A stretch of 64,000 nt of DNA from Synergistota bacterium (GTDB taxonomy: Bacteria > Synergistota > Synergistia > Synergistales > 79-D21): positions 2,664 through 66,663 of the forward strand of contig JALHIN010000014.1 in NCBI GenBank assembly GCA_022839995.1, written 5' to 3'. Of this stretch, positions 53,136 to 63,037 are shown one piece after another; position 1 is the first letter of the stretch; every line of letters begins with the position of its first letter. The notes under the pieces are model-generated. The model searched no databases and was not told the DNA's origin. It saw only the letters and a list, made by a program, of their open reading frames with translations. The translations under genes and the position numbers were made by a program.

Positions 53136-54086
53136 ATGGACAGGAACCCCGCGGTCAACGGAAAACAGGGCAGGAAACCGAACGTGCGCTGGGGATATTG
53201 GGCCCTGCTGGCGGTGATCCTGGCGGGGAGCGCATCGGCATACCTTGCCTGGTGGTCGAATTTCAATTCGATGCGCCCTGAATTTGCCGTCGCGGAACCT
53301 TTTTCGATCCATGAAAAGACAAAGGCCAGGACGGTCCTCCTGTGGAGCGAATCCGTCCTTGCCTCCCCATTGGACGGAGCCGTGCATTACCCGCAGGGAG
53401 TGGAGCCTGTTCGGGTTTCAAAGGGCGAAACCGTCGCGGAAGTGATTTCCGGAAATCGCAAAGCAGTTATCCGGGCGCCGCAGTCGGGATATTTCCTGCC
53501 TGGGTTGGACGGGCTTGAGGGAAAGTGGAATTTCTCCGACCTGTGGCCTGGAGATGGTCAGCTTCCAGCCGTTTCAAAGTTCAGGAGGATTGGGGAAGGC
53601 AGCCGAGTCGGGAGGGGAGACCCGGTGGGAAAAATCCTCCCGCAGCCCCAGGAATTGAGGGCGATCGCCTACGTGGATGCGGACGAAGCGGTGAGAAGAC
53701 AGATCGGAAACGGGATTCTCCGTTTCTCGCTTGCAGGAGAGAGGCCGCAACGGGCCACGGTAAGGGCGGTGCAGGACTTCGGTCCGAAGGTGAAAGCCTA
53801 CTTGAGCCTGCCCGTCTTTCCCCTTTGGATCGCTGTTTCAAGGGAGAGGGAATTCGAATTTTTCCAGGGAGAAAAAAAAGGGATTGTGCTGCCGGAGAGC
53901 GCAATCCTGCAGAAGGAGGGGAAATTGGGAGTCTTCGCTTTTGTCTCGGGCAAGCTAGAATACCTCCCCGTGCTCGGTCAGCCGCTTCCCGGTTCCCGTT
54001 TCCTCGTCACAAATGGACTCCGGGCAGGCGATCTTGTCCTGAGCCGAGCCGAAGCAGGGGCGGAAAGGAAGGTTTTGCTCTGGTGA
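53136..54086 (+). CDS. single-pass membrane protein with HlyD/membrane-fusion-like C-terminal barrel (tentative)
   Basis: N-terminal TM helix WGYWALLAVILAGSASAYLAWW. The C-terminal pattern ...LPESAILQKEGKLGVFAFVSGKLEYLPVLGQ...VTNGLRAGDLVL resembles HlyD-family adaptors. It has a GTGA overlap with yggS. Confidence 0.5.
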   Translation: MDRNPAVNGKQGRKPNVRWGYWALLAVILAGSASAYLAWWSNFNSMRPEFAVAEPFSIHEKTKARTVLLWSESVLASPLDGAVHYPQGVEPVRVSKGETVAEVISGNRKAVIRAPQSGYFLPGLDGLEGKWNFSDLWPGDGQLPAVSKFRRIGEGSRVGRGDPVGKILPQPQELRAIAYVDADEAVRRQIGNGILRFSLAGERPQRATVRAVQDFGPKVKAYLSLPVFPLWIAVSREREFEFFQGEKKGIVLPESAILQKEGKLGVFAFVSGKLEYLPVLGQPLPGSRFLVTNGLRAGDLVLSRAEAGAERKVLLW

Positions 54087-54775
54087 CCGATCTGAATCAG
54101 CGACTTGCGGAAATCCGCTCGAGAATCGAGGAAGCCGCGCGCCGATCCGGGAGAAAGCCCGAGGAAATCGAGCTCCTGGCGGTGACCAAGACTCGTGGGC
54201 TTGCCGAATTGCTCGAGGCGTGGGAGGCCGGTTTGCGGCTTTTCGGCGAAAACCGCGTTCAGGAAGCCCTGGGGAAAATTACCGCGTGGCCCACGGAGCG
54301 CAGGGCAGAATGGAGGTTGATCGGGAACCTTCAAAGAAACAAAGCCAGGAAGGCACTCGACCTGTTCTCCAGGATCGATTCACTGGATCGCCTGGAGCTT
54401 GCCCTAGACCTTCAACGGATCCTTTCTGAAACCGACCGGAAGATCGAAGTCCTGGTCGAAGTGAACACCTCCGGGGAACCCTCGAAACACGGGGTTTCAC
54501 CGGATAGGCTCGAAGAACTCCTGGAGGGCGTGCTTCAACGTTGCCCGCGTCTCTCTGTCCGGGGCCTGATGACGGTAGGCCCGCTTTTCGAAGACCCGCG
54601 GGATGTCGCTGCGTCCTTTTGCCGGCTGAGAGAGTTGCGGGATAGGGTGTCGAAGGCTTTTGGATTGGAAATGCCCGTCTTGTCGATGGGCATGTCGGAT
54701 GATTTCGAGACTGCCATCGAGCAGGGCAGCACCTGTGTGCGTCTCGGACGAGCCCTTTTTGGGCCGAGGGAGTAG
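54083..54775 (+). CDS. yggS: YggS/YlmE family PLP homeostasis protein
   Basis: LLAVTKT (PLP lysine), FGENRVQE, IGNLQRNK and SMGMSDDFE. Confidence 0.85.
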   Translation: MTDLNQRLAEIRSRIEEAARRSGRKPEEIELLAVTKTRGLAELLEAWEAGLRLFGENRVQEALGKITAWPTERRAEWRLIGNLQRNKARKALDLFSRIDSLDRLELALDLQRILSETDRKIEVLVEVNTSGEPSKHGVSPDRLEELLEGVLQRCPRLSVRGLMTVGPLFEDPRDVAASFCRLRELRDRVSKAFGLEMPVLSMGMSDDFETAIEQGSTCVRLGRALFGPRE

Positions 54776-54791
54776 GGGAGGTGGGGGTATT

Positions 54792-55217
54792 TTGTGGGAA
54801 AAGCTCCTGGCATTTCTTGGCCTTATCGAAGAAGACGACGAATACGAAGATGAGGAAGAACTGCGCGGCACAGATTGGGAAGAACGGAAACGGAGGGTTT
54901 TCCAGCCTGCCATCGGGAAACCGGCTGTGATCCTCGTGAGAGGGCAGACGGCCATCGAAAGGAAGGAAGAGATTCTGGAAGCTCTCCGGATGGGCCAAAT
55001 GGTCATCCTGGATCTCCGCCCGGTCGACCTGGAACCGGGACAGGGCCTTCTCGACTTTGTCTGCGGAGCTGTTTACTCCACCCAGGGGAAGGTGATCCGT
55101 GTTTCTCCCGGGGTATTTCTTGCGACGCCGCACAGCCGCCTGCTGGAAACTTGGGAGGAGCGGCCGGTTTCCGGAGAACCGATAGCCGAGGAGGAAGAGG
55201 AGGCGAGCGAGGCATGA
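54792..55217 (+). CDS. sepF: cell division protein SepF
   Basis: TTG start after GGGGAGGTGGGGG. MWEKLLAFLGL..., the acidic linker, and VILVRGQTAIERKEEILEALRMGQMVILDL...DFVCGAVYSTQGKVIRVSPGVFLATP are all SepF-like. Confidence 0.8.
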   Translation: MWEKLLAFLGLIEEDDEYEDEEELRGTDWEERKRRVFQPAIGKPAVILVRGQTAIERKEEILEALRMGQMVILDLRPVDLEPGQGLLDFVCGAVYSTQGKVIRVSPGVFLATPHSRLLETWEERPVSGEPIAEEEEEASEA

Positions 55218-55690
55218 ACGGCCTTTTCACCCCGATCGACATCCAGCAGCAATCCTTCAAAAGGGCCTTGAGAGGCTATGACCCGGAGGAGGTTGACGAA
55301 TTCCTGGACAAGGTGGCCGAAAGTGTCCAGGGGTATGTGGAAAAGATCCGCGACTTGGAACGGAAACTTGAAGTTGCCGAAGAGCAGATCCGGGAATGCC
55401 GTGAACTGAAACATTCGCTGAACGAGGCGATTCTTTTCGCCCAACAGAGCGCGGAAGAAAAGATCAAGTCGGCTGCACAGCAGGCTGAGCTAACGCTGAA
55501 GGAGGCTCGGGCCAAAGCCGACTCGATCCTCGAGGAAGCCAGGATGAGGATCGAGGAGCAAAAACGGGAAATCGGCAGACTAAGCCAGGTCCGGCAGCAG
55601 TTTGTTGCTGAAATGAGAGGGACGCTTTCGAAGTTCGAAACCCTCGTGGGCCTCGTTTCGGACAACCAAAAACCGGAAGAAAAAAGGTGA
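55214..55690 (+). CDS. divIVA: DivIVA domain protein
   Basis: LFTPIDIQQQSFKRALRGYDPEEVDEFLDKV followed by a coiled coil. It has an ATGA overlap with sepF. Confidence 0.85.
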   Translation: MNGLFTPIDIQQQSFKRALRGYDPEEVDEFLDKVAESVQGYVEKIRDLERKLEVAEEQIRECRELKHSLNEAILFAQQSAEEKIKSAAQQAELTLKEARAKADSILEEARMRIEEQKREIGRLSQVRQQFVAEMRGTLSKFETLVGLVSDNQKPEEKR

Positions 55691-57759
55691 AGGAAACACC
55701 GGGACTTGAATCTTCGATCCTGACGCTGAAAGGTGTCGGGAAAACCCGTGAAAGGATCCTGAGGTCGCTTGGGGTGAGCACCCTGAGGGACCTCTTTCTG
55801 TATTTCCCGAAGCGATACGAGGATCGGCGCCGGATCGTCCCCATCCACGAGCTGGAGGAGGGAAAACCGGCGCTTCTGGTGGGGACGCTTACCTCCCTTG
55901 AGTTCTCGAGAGGGGTCAGGCACGGGAAAGGCGGAGTCCGGTCCGTTCTTTCCGCGGTCTTCGAAGATCACGGCGAGACCCTCCTCGTCAAATGGTTCAA
56001 CGCCTCCGGCGTGGTTTCCCGGCTTTTTGAAGGGACGCGAATTGCGATCTACGGCAGGGCCGAAAAAGGAAGGGGCGGCTGGGAAATGACCAATCCCGGC
56101 TTCGAGATCCTTGAAAACGAAGCCTTCCCGGAAACGGGGATCCTCCCGGTCTATCCCCTCGCAGCCGGGTTGAGACAGAAGACCCTCAGAAGGATCATGA
56201 GGGATCTGATTCGGGGACAGGGTGGCCGCTTGCTCGAGGAAACCCTCCCCGGGGAACTGAGAAGACGCCAGGGGCTCGTGGGCTTGCGGGAAGCGATCGA
56301 AACCCTCCATTTCCCGCCGAATGAAGAAGCCTGGAGGGCTGCAAGGAAAAGAATCGTCTTCGAGGAGCTTTTCCAGCTGCAGGTGAAGCACCGGAAGGCC
56401 CGGCTCGAGGAGGCATTCCTCAGGAAGGCACCGGTCATTCACGCGGGAGAACGGACGAAATCATTCCTTGAAAGAGGATTGCCATTTCGACTGACGGAAG
56501 ACCAGGAAAGGGCCCTTGGAGAAATCTTGAAGGACTTGGAGAGTTCCGTTCCGATGAGGCGCCTTCTCCACGGAGAAGTGGGCAGCGGCAAGACGGCCGT
56601 GGCACTCGGAGCGGCGATGGCCGCCATCGAATCCGGGCAGCAGGTGGCTTTTATGGCCCCGACCGAAGTGCTCGCGAGACAGCTTCACACGAGGGCTGCG
56701 GGGCTTTTTTCCTCGGTCGGAGTGGGTTGCTGGCTCCTGGCGGGAAAGGAAACCTCCCGGGGGAAGGGAAAACGCCTTTCTCCGGCCGAGGCGTGCGTTC
56801 CGGGTCTGTTCTTCGGCACGCAGGCCCTTTTCCAGGAAAAGACCGAATGGAAAAACCTGGGGCTGGTGATCATTGACGAACAGCACCGTTTCGGAGTTTC
56901 ACAAAAAGCTGCACTCGTTCGAAAAGGGAATTCGCCCCACCTCCTGGTGATGTCGGCCACACCGATACCGCGCTCGCTCGCCTTGACCGCTTATGGAGAG
57001 CTGGACCTGACCCGTTTGAACGGCAGGATTCCGGGAAGAAAGCCGGTTCGAACCTGTCTCCTCGAAAAACGGGACCTGAAGGGCCTTTTTCGCCGGGTCC
57101 GGGAGGAAGTTGCCTCTGGGGGCCAGGTTCTCTGGGTCTGCCCCCTCCTGGAAGAAAAGGTGCCGCGGAAGGCTGTTCCCGTCCGGGAAAGGTTCCAGTG
57201 CATCCAGAAAGAGCTGCCGGATCTCCCGTCGGGTTGGATACACGGAAAAATGGCACCGCACGAGAAAGAGGAAGCCGTGAGGCGGTTTGAGGACGGTGAA
57301 ACGAAGATCCTGGTTTCAACAACGGTCGTTGAGGTCGGGATCGACCTCCCCGGGGCGACGGTGATCGTGGTGGAGAATGCGGAGTGCTTCGGGCTATCCC
57401 AACTCCACCAGCTTCGGGGCCGCGTGGGACGCGGTCAACGGGAAGGCGCCTGCGTGCTCCTCGTTCCGTCACGAAGCGAAGGCACGGTAGAGCGGCTGTC
57501 GGTTTTCCTGCAGACAACAGACGGGTTTGCCCTTGCCGAAGCGGACTTGCGCCTGAGAGGACCCGGTGCCCTGTGCGGAGTGCGGCAGCACGGGGTGACT
57601 GAATTCAAGCTTGCCGACCCTTCGCGCGATAGAATCCTGCTTGAAAGGGCCAGGGATGAAGCCGGTAGGTTGAGGCCTGAAGACGGGTTGCTGGCTTTTT
57701 CTTCATGGGTTTGCGCGGACCCGGGTGAGGCCCTCACCGGCATCCCCTTTCTGGGATGA
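55687..57759 (+). CDS. recG: ATP-dependent DNA helicase RecG
   Basis: Wedge-domain N-terminus, Walker A GEVGSGKTAVA, DEQHRFG, and helicase motif VI QLRGRVGRG. Confidence 0.9.
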   Translation: MKETPGLESSILTLKGVGKTRERILRSLGVSTLRDLFLYFPKRYEDRRRIVPIHELEEGKPALLVGTLTSLEFSRGVRHGKGGVRSVLSAVFEDHGETLLVKWFNASGVVSRLFEGTRIAIYGRAEKGRGGWEMTNPGFEILENEAFPETGILPVYPLAAGLRQKTLRRIMRDLIRGQGGRLLEETLPGELRRRQGLVGLREAIETLHFPPNEEAWRAARKRIVFEELFQLQVKHRKARLEEAFLRKAPVIHAGERTKSFLERGLPFRLTEDQERALGEILKDLESSVPMRRLLHGEVGSGKTAVALGAAMAAIESGQQVAFMAPTEVLARQLHTRAAGLFSSVGVGCWLLAGKETSRGKGKRLSPAEACVPGLFFGTQALFQEKTEWKNLGLVIIDEQHRFGVSQKAALVRKGNSPHLLVMSATPIPRSLALTAYGELDLTRLNGRIPGRKPVRTCLLEKRDLKGLFRRVREEVASGGQVLWVCPLLEEKVPRKAVPVRERFQCIQKELPDLPSGWIHGKMAPHEKEEAVRRFEDGETKILVSTTVVEVGIDLPGATVIVVENAECFGLSQLHQLRGRVGRGQREGACVLLVPSRSEGTVERLSVFLQTTDGFALAEADLRLRGPGALCGVRQHGVTEFKLADPSRDRILLERARDEAGRLRPEDGLLAFSSWVCADPGEALTGIPFLG

Positions 57760-58196
57760 TGGGAATGAGCCGAAAATCACGACTTCGAGAGACATTGGCC
57801 GCTCATCTTTCGAGGTGGCCGAAGACGGTCCTGGAGGCACGGCGATGGCTGGGAAAAAAAGGGGCCGAGGAGCAAGAGGCGGAGGAAATCCTTGCAGAAC
57901 TCGAGGTCGCCGGCTTCCTGGACGATCCCCTTTACGCACGCCTCTTTGTCGAAGGGCACTCGGGCTGGGGCCCAGCCCGGCTCCGGCAAGAACTGCGACG
58001 ACGGGGCATCAGCGGGCCCGTTGCAAAGGAGGCCATCGAGGAGTTGGTGGATCCCAGGGCCGCGGAAGAGCTGGTGCGCGAATGGAGGAAAAACGGCGTC
58101 GATGACAGGCGGATCGCAGCGAGGCTGGCGAGAAGGGGATTCTCCTCCAGGGAGGCCTGGAAAGCCTTGAATTCTTCTTGTCCAGGAGCGGAATAG
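57756..58196 (+). CDS. recX: regulatory protein RecX (tentative)
   Basis: Helical-repeat pattern ...GFLDDPLYARLFVE...GPARLRQELRRRGIS...RRIAARLARRGFS, typical of RecX. It has an ATGA overlap with the recG stop. Confidence 0.65.
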   Translation: MMGMSRKSRLRETLAAHLSRWPKTVLEARRWLGKKGAEEQEAEEILAELEVAGFLDDPLYARLFVEGHSGWGPARLRQELRRRGISGPVAKEAIEELVDPRAAEELVREWRKNGVDDRRIAARLARRGFSSREAWKALNSSCPGAE

Positions 58197-58293
58197 AAGA
58201 TAGAATACGCTCGGACTCACGGTGTTCTGTCAACGACAAACGACAATCAGGCAGCATGCCGTACTTTGACAAATGAACAGGGGTGAAAGAAGC

Positions 58294-59823
58294 ATGTCGT
58301 TTATTGCACTTGTGGCAGGTGTCGCTTTCGGCCTTGCCATTGGATATTTGTTGCGAAGGTACCAGGACGAGAGGGCTTTGCAGGGAGCCGGGACTCAAGC
58401 CCAGAAGCTGATCAAGGACGCGATTTCCGAAGGGGAGGCCCGGAAAAAGGAGCTTCTCGCGGAGGGCAAGGAAGAAATTCAACGGCTGAAGCAGGAAGCG
58501 GATCGCGAAATCCGCGAAAGGAAAGCCGAACTCCAGAGGCAAGAGCGAAGGCTCGAACAAAAGGACGAGAACCTTGATCGGAAACTGGAATCCCTCTCAA
58601 AGAAGGAAGAAGAACTCAGGGCAAAGCAGGAAGAGGCACAGAGAAGGCTTGATGAAATCGAAGCGCTGAAACGGCAGCAAATCGAACGCCTGGAAGAAGT
58701 CGCAGCTTTAACCCGGGAGGAAGCCAGGGCCATTCTCCTGAAGGAAGTGGAAGAGGAAGCCGGCCACTTCATCGGGCTCCGGCTCAAGGAGCTCGAGGAA
58801 AAGGCAAAAAGGGAATCCGAACGAAAGGCCCGGGAATACATCACGACCGCGATTCAAAGATGTGCGGTAGAGCAGACTTCGGAAATCGCCGTAAGTGTTG
58901 TCAGTCTCCCTTCAGACGAAATGAAAGGCAGGATCATTGGCCGAGAAGGGCGCAACATCCGGACCTTCGAAACCATAACGGGAGTTGACCTGATCGTCGA
59001 TGACACTCCAGAGGCGGTTGCGCTGAGCAGTTTCGACCCCGTTCGCCGGGAGGTAGCACGCCTTTCCCTTGAAAGGCTCGTCGTCGATGGGCGGATTCAC
59101 CCGGCTCGAATCGAGGAAGTTGTCGACAAGGCGAGGAAGGATGTCGAGGAAATGATCCTGGAGGCCGGCGAGAACGCTCTCCTGGAGGCCGGTGTAAAGA
59201 ACCTGCATCCTGAATTGCTCAACATCCTCGGGCAGTTGCGTTTCAGGAACAGCTACGGCCAGAATGCCCTTGCACATAGCCTCGAGGTAGCGCACATCGC
59301 AGGCATCATGGCAGCCGAGCTGGGGCTCGACGAGGCGCTGGCACGACGGGCCGGACTTCTGCACGATATCGGGAAGGCCGTCGATCATGCGGTGGAGGGG
59401 CCTCACGCGATGATCGGGGCCGACCTGGCAAGGCGCCACGGCGAAAGCCTGGAGGTTGTCAACGCGATTGCATCGCACCACGAAGACGAAGAACCTCAAA
59501 CCCTCTACGCGGTTCTTGTGGCTGCGGCAGACGCGGTCAGCGCGGCACGTCCTGGGGCCAGGCGGGAGAGCCTGGATGCCTATGTCAAACGGCTGGAAAA
59601 GCTCGAACAGATCGCGAAGACGTTCAACGGAGTCACGAAGGCCTTTGCGATGCAGGCCGGTAGAGAAGTGCGGATCATGGTGAACCCTGGAATAACCGAT
59701 GACGGGGAAATCCAGAAGCTGGCCTACGACATCGCCAGGAAGATCGAGAACGAAATGAAATACCCGGGACAGATCAAGGTGACCGTCATCCGGGAATCCA
59801 GGGCCTTCGAATACGCGAAGTAG
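58294..59823 (+). CDS. rny: ribonuclease Y
   Basis: N-terminal TM helix ([20 protein letters not shown]), a coiled coil, KH domain ([15 protein letters not shown]) and HD domain ([10 protein letters not shown]...LLHDIGKA). An alternative ATG is at 58273. Confidence 0.9.
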   Translation: MSFIALVAGVAFGLAIGYLLRRYQDERALQGAGTQAQKLIKDAISEGEARKKELLAEGKEEIQRLKQEADREIRERKAELQRQERRLEQKDENLDRKLESLSKKEEELRAKQEEAQRRLDEIEALKRQQIERLEEVAALTREEARAILLKEVEEEAGHFIGLRLKELEEKAKRESERKAREYITTAIQRCAVEQTSEIAVSVVSLPSDEMKGRIIGREGRNIRTFETITGVDLIVDDTPEAVALSSFDPVRREVARLSLERLVVDGRIHPARIEEVVDKARKDVEEMILEAGENALLEAGVKNLHPELLNILGQLRFRNSYGQNALAHSLEVAHIAGIMAAELGLDEALARRAGLLHDIGKAVDHAVEGPHAMIGADLARRHGESLEVVNAIASHHEDEEPQTLYAVLVAAADAVSAARPGARRESLDAYVKRLEKLEQIAKTFNGVTKAFAMQAGREVRIMVNPGITDDGEIQKLAYDIARKIENEMKYPGQIKVTVIRESRAFEYAK

Positions 59824-59830
59824 GAACGAC

Positions 59831-60610
59831 ATGAAGATCCTTTTTATCGGCGACATCGTCGGTAGTGCGGGCAGGAGGGCCGTTGCGGCCCTTCTGCCGC
59901 GTCTCAGGAAGGAAGACGGGCCTTTTGATTTCGTCCTTGCAAACGGCGAAAATGCAGCTGCCGGTTTTGGCCTGACGGAAAGGGTCTTTCGCGAAATCCT
60001 GGACCTCGGGGTGGATTGCATGACTTCTGGAAACCACGTCTGGGACAAACGCGAATTCCTGGAAATTTTGGCGGGCGAAAAGCGTATCCTGCGGCCTGCG
60101 AATTACCCCCCAGGATGCCCGGGACAAGGAGTTGCCATCCTGGGGCGAGGAGACAGGCGGCTTGCAGTGGTCAACCTTCAGGGGAGGGTCTTCATGCCGA
60201 TGATCGACTGCCCCTTCAGGGCGGCGGACGCGATCCTCCAGGATGAGAACATGCCTCCCTGCATTCTGGTTGATTTTCATGCGGAAGCCACCTCGGAAAA
60301 GAAGGCTCTGGGGCTATACCTTAACGGGAGGGTATCTGCCGTGATTGGAACCCACACGCATGTTCAAACCGCGGACGAGACCATCCTGCGCGGAGGAACG
60401 GCCTACCAGACGGATTGTGGAATGACGGGCGGACACGGAGGGGTCATCGGCATGAGAAAAGACGGGGTCCTGCCCCGTTTCCTTACCGGAATGCCCACGA
60501 AGTTCGAGGTCTGCGAAGAAGAGATCCGGCTAAACGCGGTGCTCGTCGAGATCGACGATGAGACCGGAAGGGCCTTTGAGATCCGAAGGATCGACGTCCC
60601 CCTCGACTGA
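59831..60610 (+). CDS. ymdB: YmdB-family metallophosphoesterase (2',3'-cyclic-nucleotide 2'-phosphodiesterase)
   Basis: MKILFIGDIVGSAGRRAV, ANGENAAAGFG, GNHVWD and DFHAEATSEK. Synteny after rny matches. Confidence 0.85.
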   Translation: MKILFIGDIVGSAGRRAVAALLPRLRKEDGPFDFVLANGENAAAGFGLTERVFREILDLGVDCMTSGNHVWDKREFLEILAGEKRILRPANYPPGCPGQGVAILGRGDRRLAVVNLQGRVFMPMIDCPFRAADAILQDENMPPCILVDFHAEATSEKKALGLYLNGRVSAVIGTHTHVQTADETILRGGTAYQTDCGMTGGHGGVIGMRKDGVLPRFLTGMPTKFEVCEEEIRLNAVLVEIDDETGRAFEIRRIDVPLD

Positions 60611-60650
60611 TTCAGAGGCGGGGAGAATCGACGTTGAAGGACGTGGAAAC

Positions 60651-60917
60651 ATGGCTGACGAAACGCTGAAGGTAGGGGCAACGAGCGATCCCAAGACCGT
60701 GGCCGGCGCTATTGCGGCAATCGTCCGTTCCGGGAGGGAAGTCGAAATTCAGGCGATCGGTGCCGGTGCCGTCAACCAGGGAGTGAAGGCCATCGTGGTT
60801 GCAAGGGGGTACTTGGCTCCGAACGGGATCGATATCTGCTGTATCCCGGCCTTTTCGGAAATCGAGATCGACGGAATGGAACGCACGGCAATCAAGCTGA
60901 TGATCCGGGCAAGGTGA
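60651..60917 (+). CDS. spoVS: SpoVS family protein
   Basis: LKVGATSDPKTVAGAIAAIVRSGREVEIQAIGAGAVNQGVKAI is canonical SpoVS. Synteny rny-ymdB-spoVS matches. Confidence 0.9.
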   Translation: MADETLKVGATSDPKTVAGAIAAIVRSGREVEIQAIGAGAVNQGVKAIVVARGYLAPNGIDICCIPAFSEIEIDGMERTAIKLMIRAR

Positions 60918-60950
60918 AAAAAGCGGGGCGAAGCCCCGCTTTTTTGTTTT
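60917..60950. terminator. bidirectional rho-independent terminator (spoVS / hypE convergent)
   Basis: AAAAAA-GCGGGGC-GAA-GCCCCGC-TTTTTT (stem 60923-60929 / 60933-60939). Confidence 0.85.
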
Positions 60951-60971
60951 CCGTCTCTGCGCTGGAGAGCA

Positions 60972-61958
60972 TTAGCAGATTCGCGGCAAGATTTCACCGA
61001 CAGGCATGTCGAGAATCCTGGATCCTCCAAACCGTGTGTTCAGCGTGACCCACCGGGGGTGCTTCTCCGTAACGATGCCGATCCTGGATGCAAATTCCCC
61101 GTACTTCGATCGGCGGAGCCTATCCAGGACGGGTTCTGTTTCTTCCGGCGAAACAGCGATCAACATGCAGCCTTCGCAAGCCAGGTGGAACGGGTCGAAA
61201 CCGAGGAGGTCGCATACGGAAGCGACAGGAGCGGGAACGCAGACTGCAGCTTCTTCGATCTCCATTCCAAGGCCGGAAGATTCCGCCCATTCACAAAGCA
61301 CCGTCGCGAGACCACCGCGGGTGCAGTCCCGGATGGCCCTAAGCCCGTCAAAATCCAGGATGCCTTCGATCGTTTCCCACAAGGGGGCGCAATCGGAGGC
61401 CAATCCTTCGCTCTCCAAGCCGTACCTCAAGGCGGCGATCGTGGCTCCATGCAGGCCAATCGGACCGGTCAGGAGAAGCGAGTCTCCCGCGCGGATCGAT
61501 TGAATGCCCAATGTTTTCGGCAGGGAGGATTTTCCGATACCTGCCGTCGTCAGGACAAGACGATCGAGCTGCCCTTTGGGGACGACCTTGGTGTCTCCCG
61601 TAACGATCCGGACCCCGATTTGACGGCAGATCCCAGCGGCATCTCCAAGGTAGCCGAGAAGCTCGTCTTCGTCGAACCCTTCTTCCGCGATGACCCCCAG
61701 GGCGAGAAAAAGAGGCCTTGCTCCCCTGCAGGCAAGGTCGTTCAGGGTACCGCAGACGGCAAGTTTGCCGATATGCCCGCCTGGGAAGGAAAGGGGGCTC
61801 ACGGTGTATCCATCGATCGTCATAGCGAGGCCCTTTTCGAGGAAGGCGCAATCTTCGAGCGGGAAATCAGGGGTTTCTCCAGTGGCCTCCAGGATGGCGC
61901 TGACAAGGCGCTGGCTTTGCCTTCCCCCGCTTCCCTGGGAAAGGGAAATCGGTTTCAT
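60972..61958 (-). CDS. hypE: hydrogenase maturation protein HypE
   Basis: AIR-synthase-like fold. The C-terminus ends ...GEILPRIC, the HypE PRIC motif that carries the thiocyanate Cys. Confidence 0.9.
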   Translation of the reverse strand: MKPISLSQGSGGRQSQRLVSAILEATGETPDFPLEDCAFLEKGLAMTIDGYTVSPLSFPGGHIGKLAVCGTLNDLACRGARPLFLALGVIAEEGFDEDELLGYLGDAAGICRQIGVRIVTGDTKVVPKGQLDRLVLTTAGIGKSSLPKTLGIQSIRAGDSLLLTGPIGLHGATIAALRYGLESEGLASDCAPLWETIEGILDFDGLRAIRDCTRGGLATVLCEWAESSGLGMEIEEAAVCVPAPVASVCDLLGFDPFHLACEGCMLIAVSPEETEPVLDRLRRSKYGEFASRIGIVTEKHPRWVTLNTRFGGSRILDMPVGEILPRIC

Positions 61959-63037
61959 GAAGGTTCACCTCTTCCGTAACGGTATGCGGCGGAGCAGCTT
62001 CCCTCGGATGACACCATGCAGGGGCCGACGGGGGTTTCGGGGGAACAGGCCCGTGCGAACAGCGGGCAACCAAATGGAGAAATCCTTCCGGCAAGGACAT
62101 CTCCGCACCGGCACCCCGCCGGCTCTCTTGCCGGGACATCCGAAATCCCGAGGCGGATTCTTGCGTCGAAAGCCGAATAGGCAGGCCGGAACCTCAAGCC
62201 GGATCGCGGCAGCAAACCGAGGCCCCTCCAGTTTGAATCCGACTCTTCGAAGACGGTTTCGAGCAGCTCCCTGGCGTGGGGGTTTCCGGTTGGGCGGACG
62301 GCCTCCCGATACGCGCACTGGACGGAAAAGACTCCGCTCCTTTTCTGGAGAGCCAGCAGGGTGATCCCGGCCATGATCTGGTCGGGCTCGAATCCTGCGA
62401 CAACACAAGCGAGGTTGTATTTTTCGGGAATCGGAAGGTAGGGCGAAAGCCCTAGGATCGTGCTGACGTGACCCGGCAGCAGGAACCCGTCCAGGGCCAG
62501 CTCCGGATCGGATGCCAACGTTTCCAGCACTGCGGGCACCGTCTTGTGAAGGTTGAGGACCAGAAAATTCTCCACGTTTTGCCGGGCTGCCTGCAGGACG
62601 ACGGCTGCCGTGGCGGGAGCCGTCGTTTCGAACCCGACGCCCGCAAACACCACGATCCGGTTCGGCGTGTCCATGGCGAGCGCCAGGGCTTCCGCCGCGG
62701 AGAGCACGATACGGACGGAGGCGCCGCTTGACCTCGCTTCGGCCAGCGAAGTCGAGCTTCCAGGGACGCGGAGCATGTCCCCGTAGGTTGCAACGATTAC
62801 CTTTTCCATTGCCGAAAGCCGAATCAGGGAATCGATTTCTTCCTGGGCCGTTACGCAGACCGGACAACCGGGACCCGAAACCAGAGAAAGACCCTCGGGG
62901 AAAAGGGATCTCAGCCCCGACCGGTAAACCGAGACCGTATGGGTTCCGCAAACCTCCATGAATTTCAGCGGCCGGTCGGCCAGCCTTTCGAGGGCCGCGG
63001 CCGCAGCCAGTACCCTCTCTCGGGTCCGTTCACCCAT
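61955..63037 (-). CDS. hypD: hydrogenase maturation protein HypD
   Basis: FMEVCGTHT, GPGCPVCV, GFETTAP, and a C-terminal Cys cluster ...PCMVSSEGSCSAAY. The ATG at 63037 overlaps the hypC 3' end, and the stop overlaps the hypE start. Confidence 0.9.
   Translation of the reverse strand: MGERTRERVLAAAAALERLADRPLKFMEVCGTHTVSVYRSGLRSLFPEGLSLVSGPGCPVCVTAQEEIDSLIRLSAMEKVIVATYGDMLRVPGSSTSLAEARSSGASVRIVLSAAEALALAMDTPNRIVVFAGVGFETTAPATAAVVLQAARQNVENFLVLNLHKTVPAVLETLASDPELALDGFLLPGHVSTILGLSPYLPIPEKYNLACVVAGFEPDQIMAGITLLALQKRSGVFSVQCAYREAVRPTGNPHARELLETVFEESDSNWRGLGLLPRSGLRFRPAYSAFDARIRLGISDVPAREPAGCRCGDVLAGRISPFGCPLFARACSPETPVGPCMVSSEGSCSAAYRYGRGEPS

Noticed and set aside
58233-58246. Tandem ACGACAA x2 in the rny upstream region.
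   Set aside because: This is a 14-nt low-complexity duplication, expected by chance, with no associated structure.
3568-60048. Many other long antisense ORFs: 29400-31220 opposite secA (606 aa), 20061-21353 opposite the liv binding-protein gene (430 aa), 8452-9603 opposite hrcA (383 aa), 55276-56442, 58912-60048, 22157-23149, 25664-26635, 37439-38437, 47530-48528, 3568-4461 and 14285-15091.
   Set aside because: For the ones I checked (secA, livJ-like, hrcA), the antisense frame is again the codon-complement register of a well-supported sense gene. The same codon-bias explanation applies, and none has a recognisable domain.
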